From an uncultured Nitrososphaeraceae archaeon (GTDB lineage Archaea; Thermoproteota; Nitrososphaeria; Nitrososphaerales; Nitrososphaeraceae), in assembly GCA_963729045.1 (NCBI GenBank), contig CAVSMN010000021.1, positions 4,664 through 68,663 of the forward strand: a stretch of DNA of 64,000 nt, read 5' to 3'. The notes below the pieces were generated by a model that was not told where the DNA came from, made no database searches, and saw only the letters and a program-made list of their open reading frames with translations. Both the position numbers and the translations under genes were made by a program. Within the stretch, counting starts at the first letter, position 1. Each line of letters starts with the position of its first letter. Below are positions 11,135 through 21,490 of the stretch, piece after piece.

Positions 11135-12481
11135 CTAAAAATGCCTTAAAAGTTGTGGCTTCCAGTAAGTATGGTTCCATATAGCGAAATCGATTCCCTC
11201 TCTGTCCTCGTAGAGTATTTCCCATAGTTCATCACTAGATAGTAATTCTTGTAAGAACAATTCACAATTTTTGTAGGAAGTAGTATTTGAATCAGAAAGC
11301 CAGATTCTATTTGTTTTTATACCTTGATCATGTTCTTTGATACCAAAACTTTCGGATTGTAAAACATATTTTTCTTTCCACAATCCCATTGCAGTACTTT
11401 TAATATAGAATGTAGGAACGCTGTCTTCCAATTTTCTTACAAGTTCTAAAGCTGTGCTTGGATCTATTTCTAACAACGTAACACCCCATTCCTTATGCCA
11501 TTTGAAAAAATCTGCACACAAATTTCTGGTTTTAGAATTCTGCCAATCTTTTTCAATAAGCGACTTATCAAGGATCATTATCCTCACACTTTGGAAATCT
11601 TTGATTTTGGTTCTCCGTATTAGGTTTGCATGAAGATTTAGGTATGACGTTTTTGATTGATATTCTTGGAATTTACTTGGTAACAGTAAATTAGTAGAAT
11701 CATATTGACTAGCATCTTCAAATAGGGCATGATATAGATTTGTGGTTGATTCATCTAACAATACTATTTCTTTTCCGTGGTCAATTTTCTTCTTTAATGA
11801 TAATGCTTCAGACTCTAAAAATATGTCAAAAGGAATTACCAATTTTGAATTTATATCTACTCTATCAATTAAACCTCTTTTATCTTTTGGGATCGCAATA
11901 TTCCCAAAGGTAAATGATTTTCCATCTTGTTTAGTGTTGCAATAATTAAAAACATGTATTGGTTTCTTATGTTTTACAAAAAACTCTCCTAAATCCTGAA
12001 AGAATCTACTATTAGCTATTTTAAAACCGAATGATTCACTTGTTTCTTTTTTGTAGTTTTTAGTAAAGAATTCGTAGACATTGCTATCTAACAATATGTG
12101 ACTATCATCACAAAGATCGCATAACCTCCTAGCAAACGTTGGACCATTTCCCCATACAGGTATACCTAGAATAGATTTCGCTGACTCAATTTCTATTGCT
12201 TTATTTCGTGCAATACCAATTTTTAATCCAAAATTTTGTTCCTCAGAACATGGCGGAAATTTTTCATGAATCTTTAATGCCAGTTGTAAAGGTAATAGAG
12301 AATCTTCTTTGAACCAAATTATTGCACCATCGCCAGTAAAAGATATTTGTAACATTTTTTCGGAATTTTCCAAAAAATCGTTTATTACTTGAAGTAAATC
12401 TTTAATGTTGTCTACCTGTGAATCAACGTCTTTAGATGATCCAACGATGTCTATGCAGAAAAAATTGTAATATTCCACCAA
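11135..12481 (-). CDS. Class III nucleotide (adenylate/guanylate-type) cyclase domain protein with unknown C-terminal domain
   Basis: FFCIDIVGSS, FTGDGA, LKIGI, WGNGPTFARRL motifs. Confidence 0.75.
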   Translation of the reverse strand: MVEYYNFFCIDIVGSSKDVDSQVDNIKDLLQVINDFLENSEKMLQISFTGDGAIIWFKEDSLLPLQLALKIHEKFPPCSEEQNFGLKIGIARNKAIEIESAKSILGIPVWGNGPTFARRLCDLCDDSHILLDSNVYEFFTKNYKKETSESFGFKIANSRFFQDLGEFFVKHKKPIHVFNYCNTKQDGKSFTFGNIAIPKDKRGLIDRVDINSKLVIPFDIFLESEALSLKKKIDHGKEIVLLDESTTNLYHALFEDASQYDSTNLLLPSKFQEYQSKTSYLNLHANLIRRTKIKDFQSVRIMILDKSLIEKDWQNSKTRNLCADFFKWHKEWGVTLLEIDPSTALELVRKLEDSVPTFYIKSTAMGLWKEKYVLQSESFGIKEHDQGIKTNRIWLSDSNTTSYKNCELFLQELLSSDELWEILYEDREGIDFAIWNHTYWKPQLLRHF

Positions 12482-12602
12482 ATATAATATTGCATACTCT
12501 ATATTATTTTTTTAAAAATACCAGTTCTAAATCATGAACCCAAATACTGACAGATGAGTATACTATTCTGACTAAAGAATCATAGAGCAGATGTCCCAAA
12601 GA

Positions 12603-13248
12603 ATGAATGAAGACAATGAGTAAAGTATAGGATAAAATATATGAGTCAGATAATGCATTTTTTGGCGACGAACCTAGCCATTTTGCAAGCCTCTGTTTAA
12701 AAGAAATGAGAACAATTAATGTAAAAAAATTGTTAGAATTAGGTGGTGCAGGTCATGGAAGAGATTCGATATTTTTTGAATCAAATGGAATTCAGATAGG
12801 GTCATTAGATTATTTAAACGCTGGAGTTGATTAATACTCAATAAGGCAAAAAAAGAAAAAGAATTGCAAGCAAATTCACAAACCTTTGATGTAAGAAATG
12901 CACTTCCATTTCCAAATAACTAGTTTGATGCAATCTACTCCCATATGTTCCTTAATATGAAGTTCTCATCAGATGAACTCAGTTTCATTATCTCAGAAAT
13001 AAAGAGTATTAAAAGATGGGGGGGTTTCCCTTTTTTTCAGCCAGAAGTAATCATGACAATTTTTATAGGAAGGAAATAGAAATTTAAAAAGATATTTTCA
13101 ACATTAATGGTTTTAAAATTCGTTTCTTTACGGAAAACTGATATACAGAGTTTGTTCGGTGGACAATTTAAATTGCTTTGAATAAAAGTTGCATTTGAAG
13201 ACCCAGTTACCCTCTATCTAATATGTTGTAGGAAGAAATCATCCATAG
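12603..13248 (+). pseudogene. Class I SAM-dependent methyltransferase pseudogene
   Basis: FGDEPSHFA, LLELGGAGHGRDSIFF, FDVRNALPFPNN*FDAIYSHM fragments interrupted by several stops and frameshifts. Confidence 0.75.
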
Positions 13249-13358
13249 ACTTTCTAATGTTCTTGATCCAGAATAAGGGGTAATCATATGTAAAGGAAAC
13301 TAAAAGAGAACTCTCTATCTCCAATACCTCATGGTAAAAGTGTTTATTGGGTAATAAG

Positions 13359-13444
13359 ATTCGGTCAAATTTGTTTCACATACTGGCGAACCCGCAAACC
13401 ATTCGGAACTTAATTCCACCGAACCAGCTACCTATTAGTAACGA
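13359..13444 (+). repeat. Dispersed modular element, full B-linker-D-linker-E
   Basis: TCGGTCAAATTTGTTTCACATA-CTGGCGAACCC-GCAAACCATTCGGAACTTAATT-CCACCGAACCA-GCTACCTATTAGTAACGA. Confidence 0.9.
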
Positions 13445-13510
13445 AGCGAATACAGTTAGAGGTAAAGTAATTCTAAACTGTCTGTATTATTAAAAAAGTT
13501 TATAAAAAAA

Positions 13511-13705
13511 TCAACTCGTTTTTATTAACTTTCTAAAGTTCTCCTTGTCCTTGCCGACGCGTTCATTAAATGTCTCTTCTGTATATCCGTGAGCCTCTAT
13601 ACCGTGTTTTTTTGCATTCTCTAAAAGTTCTTCCTCAGTTTCACCATACATTGTATGAGTGCAAACAGGATCACCTGCATCTTTACAGTTTAAACTTAAT
13701 GTCAC
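13511..13705 (-). CDS. DUF1059-family small metal-binding protein
   Basis: CKDAGDPVC...GETEEELLENAKKHGIEAHG. Confidence 0.85.
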   Translation of the reverse strand: MTLSLNCKDAGDPVCTHTMYGETEEELLENAKKHGIEAHGYTEETFNERVGKDKENFRKLIKTS

Positions 13706-14766
13706 GACATATTGATATTGTGCAACATAATAAAGTTATCCTAAATATTCTCAAATGTTGGAAATTTCAAATTTTCGATTCCCGTAACTTCATAATTTAA
13801 TACATATTATAATATATTGTGAATATTACTTTTCTCTATAATTACACCGGCATTGGTTCTTGGATTTTATATCTCTTTTACTTTACTTTTATTACAAACT
13901 CCATGGCTTCCCCAAATCCGTCTTTTGAAGTGACGTAGTAAAACGACAGTGACACTTTTAGTTCGTTAAGTAGAGACTTTGACCAGACTAAAGACAATAT
14001 TAACGACGATGATAAAAACTCCAAAGACACAACCAACGATGATGAGAGCTTACAAGAACGATCTTAAACATTTTAAAATCACTACTCTTAGGATTCCTTA
14101 ATTATTTGAAGGTATTTAGGATAAATTATTTCAAGTAGTTAAAAATTTTGATTTTAAAATCTATCAATTTTTAGATTAAATAAACAAATTAAGAACGATC
14201 TATAAATTCCAAAAAAAGTTGATGTGTAAAAATGTTAAGATATCATATCTGCAATTGTATTTAATTTTACTGAACTATTGAATTTGTAGAAATCATATAA
14301 TAAATAGTGGATTACCCTCAGATCGGGGGTCTTTCCAAAGAAACGGCTTAGTGACCCTAGAGATAATAAATTTGCCTCATCATTCTGCAATTTTATGCCA
14401 ACTTGTAGGATGCGAAGTTCAAGTAAAAATTGAATTTCAAAAAGTTTTTTAATATGTTCAATGAGTATATGATTACCGTAGTCAAAAATCGTCTTCCAAT
14501 TAAGGTCTTATACTCTTTCTGTGTAAGATCTTACTAGTATTGGATGCCTTTAACAATTACCCACAAGAAGAGAACCTGTTTGGCTATTATGTGATCTATG
14601 AGTACTAGATTCTAACATATCGAGAATATTATTAAGAATTACCCTTTCGATGGTTGATCACTTTGATTAACAAAAATGTCATTTCATCGATTTACCCTAG
14701 TGATTCGCTCTTGTTGTCCTTTTAGATCATATGTTTAGTTCGTATCGTATTCAAAAAATCATTCTA

Positions 14767-14824
14767 GACTAGTATGAAATTTCATACCCGTACTACCAAA
14801 CTCATAATATACGAAACTTAATCC
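14767..14824 (+). repeat. Dispersed modular element, C-linker-D
   Basis: GTATGAAATTTCATACCCGTA-CTACCAAACTC-ATAATATACGAAACTTAATC; contains a perfect 16-bp palindrome. Confidence 0.8.
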
Positions 14825-14894
14825 TTGGGAGCCTATTTTCGTCAATATTTGGTATTAAAAACCGTTTGATACCCATGTTTATATAGTATGTTGA

Positions 14895-15521
14895 GTGCTA
14901 TATAATATGTCAAAGAAAACAGGAACTAAAGAAAACTATTCAAATAATACCAATGAACAAATTAATAATAACAACAATAACAATAATGATTTCCAAGAAT
15001 CCGTTAACCAATCACTAGATGAAACCAAAGATAATATCAAAAAATCAATAGATGAATCAAGACACCAAATTCCACGAATTAATAATATTGTAAATAGTTA
15101 TCAAGAAGAATCACTACAAACTGCAAAAGAGATTTCAGAGGATTATATCGATTCTCAAAAACAAGTTGTTAATTCACTCCAATCAGTTTGGAGACCATAC
15201 AATGAAATCTTTAATGGGTTCGTTACCAACTTCTTTTCCCCTGATGCAGCAGCTAAAGCATATACTAGATTTGTCAGTAACGTTGCAGATAATACAGTAT
15301 CGGCTGTTAGACTTTCAAACAACGTAATTTTCTCAACCTTAGAATCATGGAAACCAGCTTTAAAACAAGCAAAAGATATATCTAGACACATATCAAACAC
15401 GGGAGTAAATACAGCAAGAACATTTGAACAAAATTCAAGCCAATTAGTAGAAGATGTTAAAGAGGTAGTCAATTCAAACACAAACTCTGCTACTAGAACT
15501 AAAGACTCCACACATCATTAA
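14895..15521 (+). CDS. Hypothetical helical protein (possibly phasin-like)
   Basis: Poly-Asn N-terminus, amphipathic helical segments (VNQSLDETKDNIKKSIDE). Confidence 0.65.
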   Translation: MLYNMSKKTGTKENYSNNTNEQINNNNNNNNDFQESVNQSLDETKDNIKKSIDESRHQIPRINNIVNSYQEESLQTAKEISEDYIDSQKQVVNSLQSVWRPYNEIFNGFVTNFFSPDAAAKAYTRFVSNVADNTVSAVRLSNNVIFSTLESWKPALKQAKDISRHISNTGVNTARTFEQNSSQLVEDVKEVVNSNTNSATRTKDSTHH

Positions 15522-15693
15522 CAAAAAAATAGACAAATTCAAAACTGCAAATAAAATCAACCCATCAGTTTTCCTTTGGAGTTAAACAAACTCAAGGAAT
15601 TAAGTTACCAATACTATAGCTAAATTTACTTTTCTTACCATTGTCTTTTTCATCCATAAAGAAAAAATGATTTAAATTATAACTCAATAAGAC

Positions 15694-15763
15694 AACTCAA
15701 GTGAATTTTCTCATGATTTCTCCAGAATCCCTATACTATATGGAACTTAATCCCGCCGACCTA
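15694..15763 (+). repeat. Dispersed modular element, A-linker-D-linker
   Basis: AAGTGAATTTTCTCATGATTT-CTCCAGAATCC-CTATACTATATGGAACTTAATC-CCGCCGACCTA. Confidence 0.85.
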
Positions 15764-16026
15764 ATTCATTAACAACCTTACAATATCTTATTCCCAAAAA
15801 TTTATACAAAGTATGGAGAATACATTGGACATTTGAGAATGTTTGATTAAGTTTAGTTTACCACTATTGTTCAGAATGCTTCTTGATGAAGTAAATTCAT
15901 TAACTGTTGTAATTTCATCTAAGACACCTTCTAAATACTTTACATCATCTAGTGTATTTAGTTCTACAGGATCCGAATCACTTCATGAATTAAAGGTTAT
16001 GCAAAGAGTATCTCATTGATGAGTTG

Positions 16027-16524
16027 TTAATTGTCTTCGTCATCATCCCCATCGTCCCCATCTGCATCATTTCCTTCGCTATTATCTGTTATCTCTCCTC
16101 CTGTCGATTTGGTAAAATAGCTAAATGAGTGTTCATCTTGCCATTTAACGGTAAAGTCATAGCTGGTACCATTACTCTTAATCGCTTCGTCAAGTATTTG
16201 TAAAGCAAAATCAGATCTGTCTCCTGGGCCGATAGTGGTAGGACTAGTACCGCCTGATTCGTGACCTACGGTTCTCCCCCGATCATCAAAAAAGATTGCA
16301 GATATTTCTACTGATCTTGCAGTGGCTGTACCATTATTCAAAATCACACCAACAATTTCATCCGCAAATGCTTTACTAGTATAATTTTGACTTAGTAATA
16401 CCATGTCATATTTTTTCTTGTTTTCCTGACTAAAAGCATCAGAATGAAAACTTACGTCTAAAACCGATATTGTTATCAACACAAATGATAATCCAAAAAT
16501 TCCGATATTTGACCATGCTTTCAT
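16027..16524 (-). CDS. Secreted FxLYD-domain protein with acidic tail
   Basis: Signal peptide; IVGVILNNG...VEISAIFFDDRGRTVG...IGPGDRSDF. Confidence 0.75.
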   Translation of the reverse strand: MKAWSNIGIFGLSFVLITISVLDVSFHSDAFSQENKKKYDMVLLSQNYTSKAFADEIVGVILNNGTATARSVEISAIFFDDRGRTVGHESGGTSPTTIGPGDRSDFALQILDEAIKSNGTSYDFTVKWQDEHSFSYFTKSTGGEITDNSEGNDADGDDGDDDEDN

Positions 16525-17088
16525 TTTAGCTCATTGATAACAAGCGTGTAGAAAAAACTTTTATTGTAGATTTTTCTATTCAAAATTTCTACTTGATAAT
16601 CAATACCGTAATAATTAAAAATTACTATCCATAACTATTCTTACTAACTAACTTTACCTTCATAAACGAAAATATCTCCATGAATTTACTAACAGGGCAG
16701 TTTATGATTTAGAACATTTAGATAATTAGAGATTCAAAATATTGTTCGTAATAACCATAATTACTGGATACATTAGATCTCTTGCGTAATTAGTCCAAAC
16801 AGCTTTTATGAAAAGATGTGTGAATATATCGCAATTTCTAAATTATTTTAAAAATACAAGAAGAAAAATCAAACAATATTTGTATTGCAAATGAGGTTGA
16901 ATATGTTGTTGACCGTTTAATTACTTATAAATGGAATCGTATATAGATATATTAAGGAAAATTAATTAAGGGTTTGTGTCTCAAGTGACACAGGTTAATT
17001 TTTCTCAGAAATACAAAATTTTCCTATCGATAATAAAATTCAATTCAACCAATTGATGAATACGTATGTGATAATATTGTAACTGTCG

Positions 17089-17904
17089 CTAATCCAAAAA
17101 AACTGTATGTAAATCCTCATTCAGTGAATCTAAAGTTTCCATGTCTTTTTGATTGATATGAAAATCAAATACCTTGCTGTTTTCTAAAATTCTTTCTTCA
17201 TGACTAGATTTTGGAATAACAATCAGATTGTGTTGTAAACTCCAACGCACAAGTATTTGTGCAGGGCTCTTGTCATACCTTATTGCCATTTTTACCAAGT
17301 CATGATGGTTAAGTCTTTTACCTCTTGTTAGTGGACTATATGCTTCAAGCTGAATTGCATTACTCTTGCAGAATTGTAATAGATCTTTCTGGTATAAGAA
17401 TGGGTGAAATTCCACCTGATTAATAGCAGGTACAATATCAGAGTTTTGTATCGTTTCTTTGAGTTCATTAATAGAATAGTTGCTTACTCCAATCGCACGG
17501 ACTTTTCCATTATTTAGTAATTGGATCATAGCCTTCCATGTTTCAATAATTTTTTTCTGGACTGGCCAATGTATAAGATAAAGATCCACATAAGATAAAC
17601 CAAGACGTTTCAGGCTAGCTTCAAATGCTCTTAAAGTTGAATCGTATCCTTGATCACTATTCCAGACTTTTGTGGTGATAAAGATGTCTTCTCTTTTTAT
17701 GTCACTGACTTTCAAAGCCTTACCCACATCAGATTCATTACCATAAATCTTGGCGGTGTCAATGTGTCTATATCCAATTTTCAGGGCATATTTGACTGCA
17801 TTGGTGGTTTTTCCCCCAGGAGGTGTTTGATAGACTCCAAGTCCAAGCCGTGGAATTTGAATTCCGTTATTTAAATAAGCAGTGGAATTTAAGGTATATG
17901 ACAT
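17089..17904 (-). CDS. Aldo/keto reductase (glyoxal / 2,5-DKG reductase-like)
   Basis: GYRHIDTAKIYGNE, FITTKVW, DLYLIHWP, AIGVSNY, NQVEFHP, IPKS. Confidence 0.95.
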   Translation of the reverse strand: MSYTLNSTAYLNNGIQIPRLGLGVYQTPPGGKTTNAVKYALKIGYRHIDTAKIYGNESDVGKALKVSDIKREDIFITTKVWNSDQGYDSTLRAFEASLKRLGLSYVDLYLIHWPVQKKIIETWKAMIQLLNNGKVRAIGVSNYSINELKETIQNSDIVPAINQVEFHPFLYQKDLLQFCKSNAIQLEAYSPLTRGKRLNHHDLVKMAIRYDKSPAQILVRWSLQHNLIVIPKSSHEERILENSKVFDFHINQKDMETLDSLNEDLHTVFLD

Positions 17905-18004
17905 ACAAAAAGTAATCTCAGATCTGACTTAACTCTATCTATCTATCTATGACAGTAAACCATCAAAACAATATTTTACTTCAAACATTACAAATTGATA
18001 AAAT

Positions 18005-18051
18005 ATGATTTCCACCGAACCCTTATACCATACCATACACTTGATTGTAAC
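18005..18051 (+). repeat. Dispersed modular element, partial A-linker-D
   Basis: ATGATTT-CCACCGAACCC-TTATACCATACC. Confidence 0.85.
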
Positions 18052-18081
18052 CAAACATTAATGTTCGCGACTTAGGAGATA

Positions 18082-18149
18082 GAGTTGCAAATTCGGTCAA
18101 ATTTGTTTCACATTCCACCGAACCAGTTACCACTATATGGTATAGTAAC
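18082..18149 (+). repeat. Dispersed modular element, B-linker-E
   Basis: GAGTTGCAAATTCGGTCAAATTTGTTTCACATT-CCACCGAACCA-GTTACCACTATATGGTATAGTAAC. Confidence 0.9.
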
Positions 18150-18166
18150 AATTTAGTAACACTCGC

Positions 18167-18907
18167 CTAAGAAGAATTGTCCCTTATATTGAAGATGTAG
18201 AAAAATACTTTTTCTTGTCCATCCTTAGTAGTATTAATAGTGTGACAACTTATAGATTCTAGTGGACCATGTCTTTGCGTACAGTCGAACTCATCTGGCT
18301 TGTTACCAATTTGACTGGAGATAACTTCATACCCATTCAAGTCTAAAAATCTTGGTGAAACAGTGGTTTCAATGAATATGACGCGGTTATATGGTAAAGA
18401 TGCCTCAGTAGTCTTTCCCATCTGACCTTCACCTATTGTGACATCTCCTCTAAATATGTTAGCTGTTCCAGGTCCTGCAGCTCCCAAATACGACCCTGCG
18501 TGACCATTACACCCATGATCAGTAGCACGACCAGGTTCACATCCAGGGCAGATAATGAATTGTATTATTAATTTTATTTTTACTTTGTCTTCATTTGTAT
18601 GAGTTCCATCTAAGCCATCAATAGTACGTATATCCCCAGAAACATTAGATGTAGTCTTTGAATTAATCTGGCTATCACACTGTACATTATTCTCCGATAG
18701 TGTAGCAGCATCTCCTGACATTATCTGATTATCTTGTCCAGATGATTGAGATTATTCGGTTCCTTGCTCTGAATCGCTATCAACACTTTCTGATAACACG
18801 CTATTCTGAGCACTTGCGCTAAAGAGAGGAGAATTGAATGTTACTACTACAATTAATAAGAGAAGGAATATGAACATGAGCGGTAAACTCAACTGTTTTA
18901 TTGACAT
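18167..18907 (-). pseudogene. Secreted protein with one Q/S/N repeat unit, interrupted by in-frame TAA at 18752-18754
   Basis: Signal peptide MSIKQLSLPLMFIFLLLLIVVV is in frame with ORF 18167-18721; EQGTE*SQSSGQDNQIMSG. Confidence 0.65.
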
Positions 18908-19081
18908 ATTAATTCAATATTAATAGATCATATAACAATGGCTATTAATTGTACTTTTAAATATTGCTGTGTCAATATCATTGATTTTTGAGAATGATAA
19001 TGTTGATATGCTAAATATTGGACTATTCTCAGATTATCAACAAAATCAAAAGAATGATATAAACAAGGTGGGATGCATTAA

Positions 19082-19136
19082 AACTCATGTGGATATCCTC
19101 ATGAATTCCACCTAACTAGCTCTATATCTTAGTAAC
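19082..19136 (+). repeat. Dispersed modular element, A-linker-E
   Basis: ATGTGGATATCCTCATGAATT-CCACCTAACTA-GCTCTATATCTTAGTAAC. Confidence 0.9.
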
Positions 19137-19366
19137 CATAAATACAATGATAGTCTAACCCGGATTGAAAATCATGAATTATTCAATCGAATTATTTCGA
19201 TAGCGTTAATTGGTTCCTTATGGTTTATTTTTATTCTTTTTTGTTTCTTGGATATTGAAATGTACCTAGTAGGTATGATACTTTCCAAATGTTCTTAATA
19301 TAATATACCATCGTGTTGATGGGGATCATGAATATATAGTCGCATGGTTAATGAAGAAACATAAAA

Positions 19367-20875
19367 TTGAGAAAAATAATAATACCAATAACATTTCTTG
19401 CAATTTTGATGCTAGGTTTTAATGAATTAGATGTGAGTGCTCAAGAAAGCAATTTTACCATAGTCTTAAATCCTGGTGCAACTAACAGCGACAGCCAGAA
19501 TCCTATGTCACCTGTCAATGTTACTATTCCTGCAGGGACCAATGTTACTTGGATAAATAAAGACTCTTCTCCTCACATGTTAGTCTCTGGAACCCCAGAT
19601 GAAGGTCCAAATAACATATTCTATGGTGATTTCTTTGGTACAGATGAGAATTACACTGTAACATTTGATGAACCAGGCTTGTATTCATACTATGATCCAA
19701 TTTGGAGTCATATCAGAGGAGAAGTAACTGTTGAGAATCCCGTATTTTCTGCCGATCTGGGATCGAGTACGAATTACTCAAGTATGAATGGTATTGATGA
19801 TAACCCCGTGCTAAATTCTAATACACCTGACGTAATTGATTCCAATACAAATAATTTAAACACATCAGAGAATGATTCGTTGTCAATCCCATCATCGTCT
19901 TTTTTATCGTCAGTTCCTAGCTTTACCACTAACGATACAAGTGACCAAACTTCTCCATTATCATCACTAGGTTCGGATCAGGCCCTTACAAACATATTCA
20001 ATAAGGTCGGTCCACTGCTCGGCCTTTTGATGAATGGCAATAGCAGTTCCTCTTCTTCACCCTTCTCCTCTCTGTCCCAATCAAACGAATCTTTTGGTGT
20101 CGGTACCCTGGATAATCAATCCTCATTTCCGTCATCCACCACTCAATCGTCAAGTCCCGATCAGGCCCTTACAAACATATTCAATAAGGTCGGTCCACTG
20201 CTCGGCCTTTTGATGAATGGCAATAGCAGTTCCTCTTCTTCACCCTTCTCCTCTCTGTCCCAATCAAACGAATCTTTTGGTGTCGGTACCCTGGATAATC
20301 AATCCTCATTTCCGTCATCCACCACTCAATCGTCAAGTCCCGATCAGGCCCTTACAAACATATTCAATAAGGTCGGTCCACTGCTCGGCCTTTTGATGAA
20401 TGGCAATAGCAGTTCCTCTTCTTCACCCTTCTCCTCTCTGTCCCAATCAAACGAATCTTTTGGTGTCGGTACCCTGGATAATCAATCCTCATTTCCGTCA
20501 TCCACCACTCAATCGTCAAGTCCCGATCAGGCCCTTACAAACATATTCAATAAGGTCGGTCCACTGCTCGGCCTTTTGATGAATGGCAATAGCAGTTCCT
20601 CTTCTTCACCCTTCTCCTCTCTGTCCCAATCAAACGAATCTTTTGGTGTCGGTACCCTGGATAATCAATCCTCATTTCCGTCATCCACCACTCAATCGTC
20701 AAGTCCCGATCAGGCCCTTACAAACATATTCAATAAGGTCGGTCCACTGCTCGGCCTTTTGATGAATGGCAATAGCAGTTCCTCTTCTTCACCCTTCTCC
20801 TCTCTGTCCCAATCAAATGAGATGTTTGGAGAAAACTTGATGGATACTGCTAATATTAGTAACGGTGAACCTTAA
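19367..20875 (+). CDS. Secreted cupredoxin-fold protein with Ser-rich 61-aa tandem repeats
   Basis: Signal peptide; VTWINKDSSPH...TFDEPGLYSYYDPIWSHIRGEVTV; repeats follow. Confidence 0.8.
   Translation: MRKIIIPITFLAILMLGFNELDVSAQESNFTIVLNPGATNSDSQNPMSPVNVTIPAGTNVTWINKDSSPHMLVSGTPDEGPNNIFYGDFFGTDENYTVTFDEPGLYSYYDPIWSHIRGEVTVENPVFSADLGSSTNYSSMNGIDDNPVLNSNTPDVIDSNTNNLNTSENDSLSIPSSSFLSSVPSFTTNDTSDQTSPLSSLGSDQALTNIFNKVGPLLGLLMNGNSSSSSSPFSSLSQSNESFGVGTLDNQSSFPSSTTQSSSPDQALTNIFNKVGPLLGLLMNGNSSSSSSPFSSLSQSNESFGVGTLDNQSSFPSSTTQSSSPDQALTNIFNKVGPLLGLLMNGNSSSSSSPFSSLSQSNESFGVGTLDNQSSFPSSTTQSSSPDQALTNIFNKVGPLLGLLMNGNSSSSSSPFSSLSQSNESFGVGTLDNQSSFPSSTTQSSSPDQALTNIFNKVGPLLGLLMNGNSSSSSSPFSSLSQSNEMFGENLMDTANISNGEP
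19976..20817 (+). repeat. 183-bp tandem repeat, ~4.6 copies, apparently identical
   Basis: GATCAGGCCCTTACAAACATATTC begins at 19976, 20159, 20342, 20525, 20708. Confidence 0.97.
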
Positions 20876-21490
20876 GATGAATTATTATCATATGAAACTT
20901 CCATCTCTCCTCTCAGGGACACTTTTTCTGTACAAGACAATCTATCACTTCATTAGATAAAAGAAGGGTAAAAGTCCGGGAAGAATTGATGATTACCTCA
21001 AAAGATCCTACAGTATAGTAGCTGAAATACCAGAACTCCCTACATTTTTAGATGATGAAGAATACCATATTCAGATGTTACATTTAAGGTGGGCTCAGAG
21101 AAATACATATCTTTAAGACTGATTTTGGATCATTACTATAGGGTAATTATTGCAACGGTTTGATATAATATGTCAACCCATCTTTATTTCATATTTAACA
21201 GACATGTCAATAAGAAATTACTCGGATGAATTTATCATAATAAGATCATCATAGTACAGATTTGAATTTATCTTCTATATTTTCAAAAGAATATTCATAA
21301 CTACCGATTGTGGAGAGATTAAACAACAAATTATATCATATTGGGAATATCAGACAAAGATACCTATAAAACTTAAGGAATATGTTGAAAAGGAAATTAA
21401 GCCTAAAGGGACGATATCTAAATAATTAAAAAAGATATGTTAGAATTTATTATAAATACAATAAACAAAACATTAATACATTAAAATTCG

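Noticed and set aside
13154-13162. GTTCGGTGG, the reverse complement of the linker
   Set aside because: It lies inside the methyltransferase pseudogene coding sequence and has no flanking arm, so it is likely chance.
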